A DNA stretch of 52,068 bases, from NCBI GenBank assembly GCA_043801585.1, contig JAZDLX010000074.1, positions 1 through 52,068 of the forward strand. The letters are read 5' to 3'. The notes under the pieces are model-generated. The model did not search any database and was not told the DNA's origin. It saw nothing but the letters and a program-made list of their open reading frames with translations. This document shows, one piece after another, positions 50,628 through 52,068 of the stretch. Origin of the DNA: a bacterium. GTDB lineage: Bacteria > Electryoneota > Electryoneia > Electryoneales > Electryoneaceae. A program made the translations under genes and the position numbers. Numbering within the stretch: the first letter of the stretch is position 1; each line of letters starts with the position of its first letter.

Positions 50628-50636
50628 TTCGCTCTT

Positions 50637-51389
50637 CTAATCTTTGCTCCGACGTAGATAAGCAAATAGTTTTTGAAGAGTAGAAACGAATTCACTCATA
50701 TCTGCATCCATGTCTACATGTTTTACACGCTGGTTGCCATGTTTAGCATTCCTCCGTCTAGTTTTCAACCTCGTGAGAACTTGCACTTGCTTGGGATTTA
50801 AGTTTGCTAAATCAGCTACATCAAAAAGGCGAGCCGAGAAAGGTCTATCCCGATCTTTTTTTGGCAGGCATGCCTTTAAAAGGGCATCCGCTAGAGTATG
50901 GATATCCTCCGCTAATAGAGATGCTGAAATCATACCATTATAAAAAAGTATCAGAGAGAGTTCTGCATCACGGACTTGAGCACTAAGATGTGTTGCAACT
51001 CCTTCATTGAAGAAGAAGGAGTTTGGAGTTCCAGCAAGCACCTCGGCGATTTTCTCAATATTATTTCGGATTCCCTGCAGACCTTCACAGTAATTATCAA
51101 TTAAACGAAGAACAACGCGGCGTCGACGATTAAGACTCTTTGGATGTGAAAATCCCTCACCAAAAGGCATGAGCTGTAGAGAGATCGTATAAAGCAGAAC
51201 CTGCATGGTCGGAAGAGATCCATCTACCTTAACATACCAACCTTCAGTATTAATTTTGTATTGGAGACTAAGATGTTGGTTTCGGGCTATGCGTTGTACA
51301 CGAAGCAAGAGAGCTCGACCGAGTTCCCTATCAACATCATCACACCGAAAAGTAAAGTCAAATCCAGCCATTTCGTTTTTATTCTCCAT
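50637..51389 (-). CDS. AT-rich hypothetical protein with possible C-terminal HEPN domain
   Basis: 250-aa ORF visibly AT-richer than flanks; helix HTLADALLK and RRNAKH (Rx4H) near C-terminus. Confidence 0.6.
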   Translation of the reverse strand: MENKNEMAGFDFTFRCDDVDRELGRALLLRVQRIARNQHLSLQYKINTEGWYVKVDGSLPTMQVLLYTISLQLMPFGEGFSHPKSLNRRRRVVLRLIDNYCEGLQGIRNNIEKIAEVLAGTPNSFFFNEGVATHLSAQVRDAELSLILFYNGMISASLLAEDIHTLADALLKACLPKKDRDRPFSARLFDVADLANLNPKQVQVLTRLKTRRRNAKHGNQRVKHVDMDADMSEFVSTLQKLFAYLRRSKD

Positions 51390-51464
51390 TTTGTTTCATA
51401 AAAACACAATTCTTGAGGATGCCTTGAGCTTTTTAGACTGAGGTCACTGACCTCGGTCTGTGGA

Positions 51465-52068
51465 TTACTCTTCCGATGGCAAAGACTCTTTGACATTGCT
51501 ATTCGCTCGATCCCTTTTCTGCAGGTCGTAGGCGACGCCAATCAGAATGGACACCAGGACCAACACTACCACTGAGAGAAAACTGTTGTAGAAGATCGCC
51601 GAGGCTTTCGGGCCGAAGGTCGTCGCCAGAAGGATGTGGCCAAAGATAAGAAACAGGCCATTCGCAGCGGTGATCCCGAACACCCACGGCCACACGGCGG
51701 CGAGGAAACTGCGAAACTTCCCGCGAAAGATCTTCTGCCAAAGGGTAAACGGCGAATGGATGCCCATCCCCCCGATGCTCGCCACAATGCCGATCATCGG
51801 AGGACCGCCGCCCCCGCCGAACAGCAGCATGACGATGGAGAACAGGAGCTGGATCAAGCCACCGCGTTTCCTCTGCACGAAAAAGGCCGACCAGGTGATC
51901 AGCGCCAGCGCGGCGATCATCGCCAGGATGCCTGTGGCGAGGAAGTTGTGCACGATGGTGATCGCTGGATCGCCATCGATGAATTGCGCGATCGGGCCGA
52001 TCGCCCAGGATTTGATGAAACTCCCACCGGTCGGTACATTCCCCTGCAGGACCTCACCGATGCCGTGG
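51465..52068 (-). CDS. Hypothetical membrane protein (5' end outside window)
   Basis: Frame stays open to the window edge (HGIGEVLQGN...DPAITIVHNFLATG); about five TM segments. Confidence 0.75.
   Translation of the reverse strand, partial: HGIGEVLQGNVPTGGSFIKSWAIGPIAQFIDGDPAITIVHNFLATGILAMIAALALITWSAFFVQRKRGGLIQLLFSIVMLLFGGGGGPPMIGIVASIGGMGIHSPFTLWQKIFRGKFRSFLAAVWPWVFGITAANGLFLIFGHILLATTFGPKASAIFYNSFLSVVVLVLVSILIGVAYDLQKRDRANSNVKESLPSEE

Overview
GC-rich bacterial chromosomal window; no rRNA, tRNA, CRISPR array or transposase recognised. Two secreted proteases carry PNPFN-type C-terminal sorting domains, hinting at an FCB-related lineage (inference). In order: (1) a minus-strand envelope/signalling operon (FGE-domain gene split by one in-frame TGA, LPP20 lipoprotein, CHASE2-adenylate cyclase, SH3-M48 peptidase, LPP20-like protein, TlpA); (2) a nucleotide-sugar/surface polysaccharide cluster; (3) HD-GYP gene, carA-carB, cold-shock gene; (4) a four-gene C39-like peptidase / RimK ATP-grasp / GCS2 ligase / N-formylglutamate amidohydrolase operon; (5) IsdG-like protein and two lipoproteins; (6) a sigma54 activator with a degenerate ArsC-like input domain, a sigma54 promoter and a PsrABC-type sulfur respiration operon with two YeeE genes and a rhodanese whose only Cys is its last residue; (7) M6 and S8 proteases; (8) K+ channel plus cNMP-binding gene; (9) a palindromic repeat cluster and an AT-rich HEPN-like gene. 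Most notable: an in-frame ~90-codon palindromic-repeat insertion inside carA, the ArsC-like sensor on the sulfur-operon activator, the two-ligase/two-hydrolase operon, and a dispersed GAAACCCGG..CCGGGCCACCC repeat family. All calls are from motif reading by eye; no searches were run.
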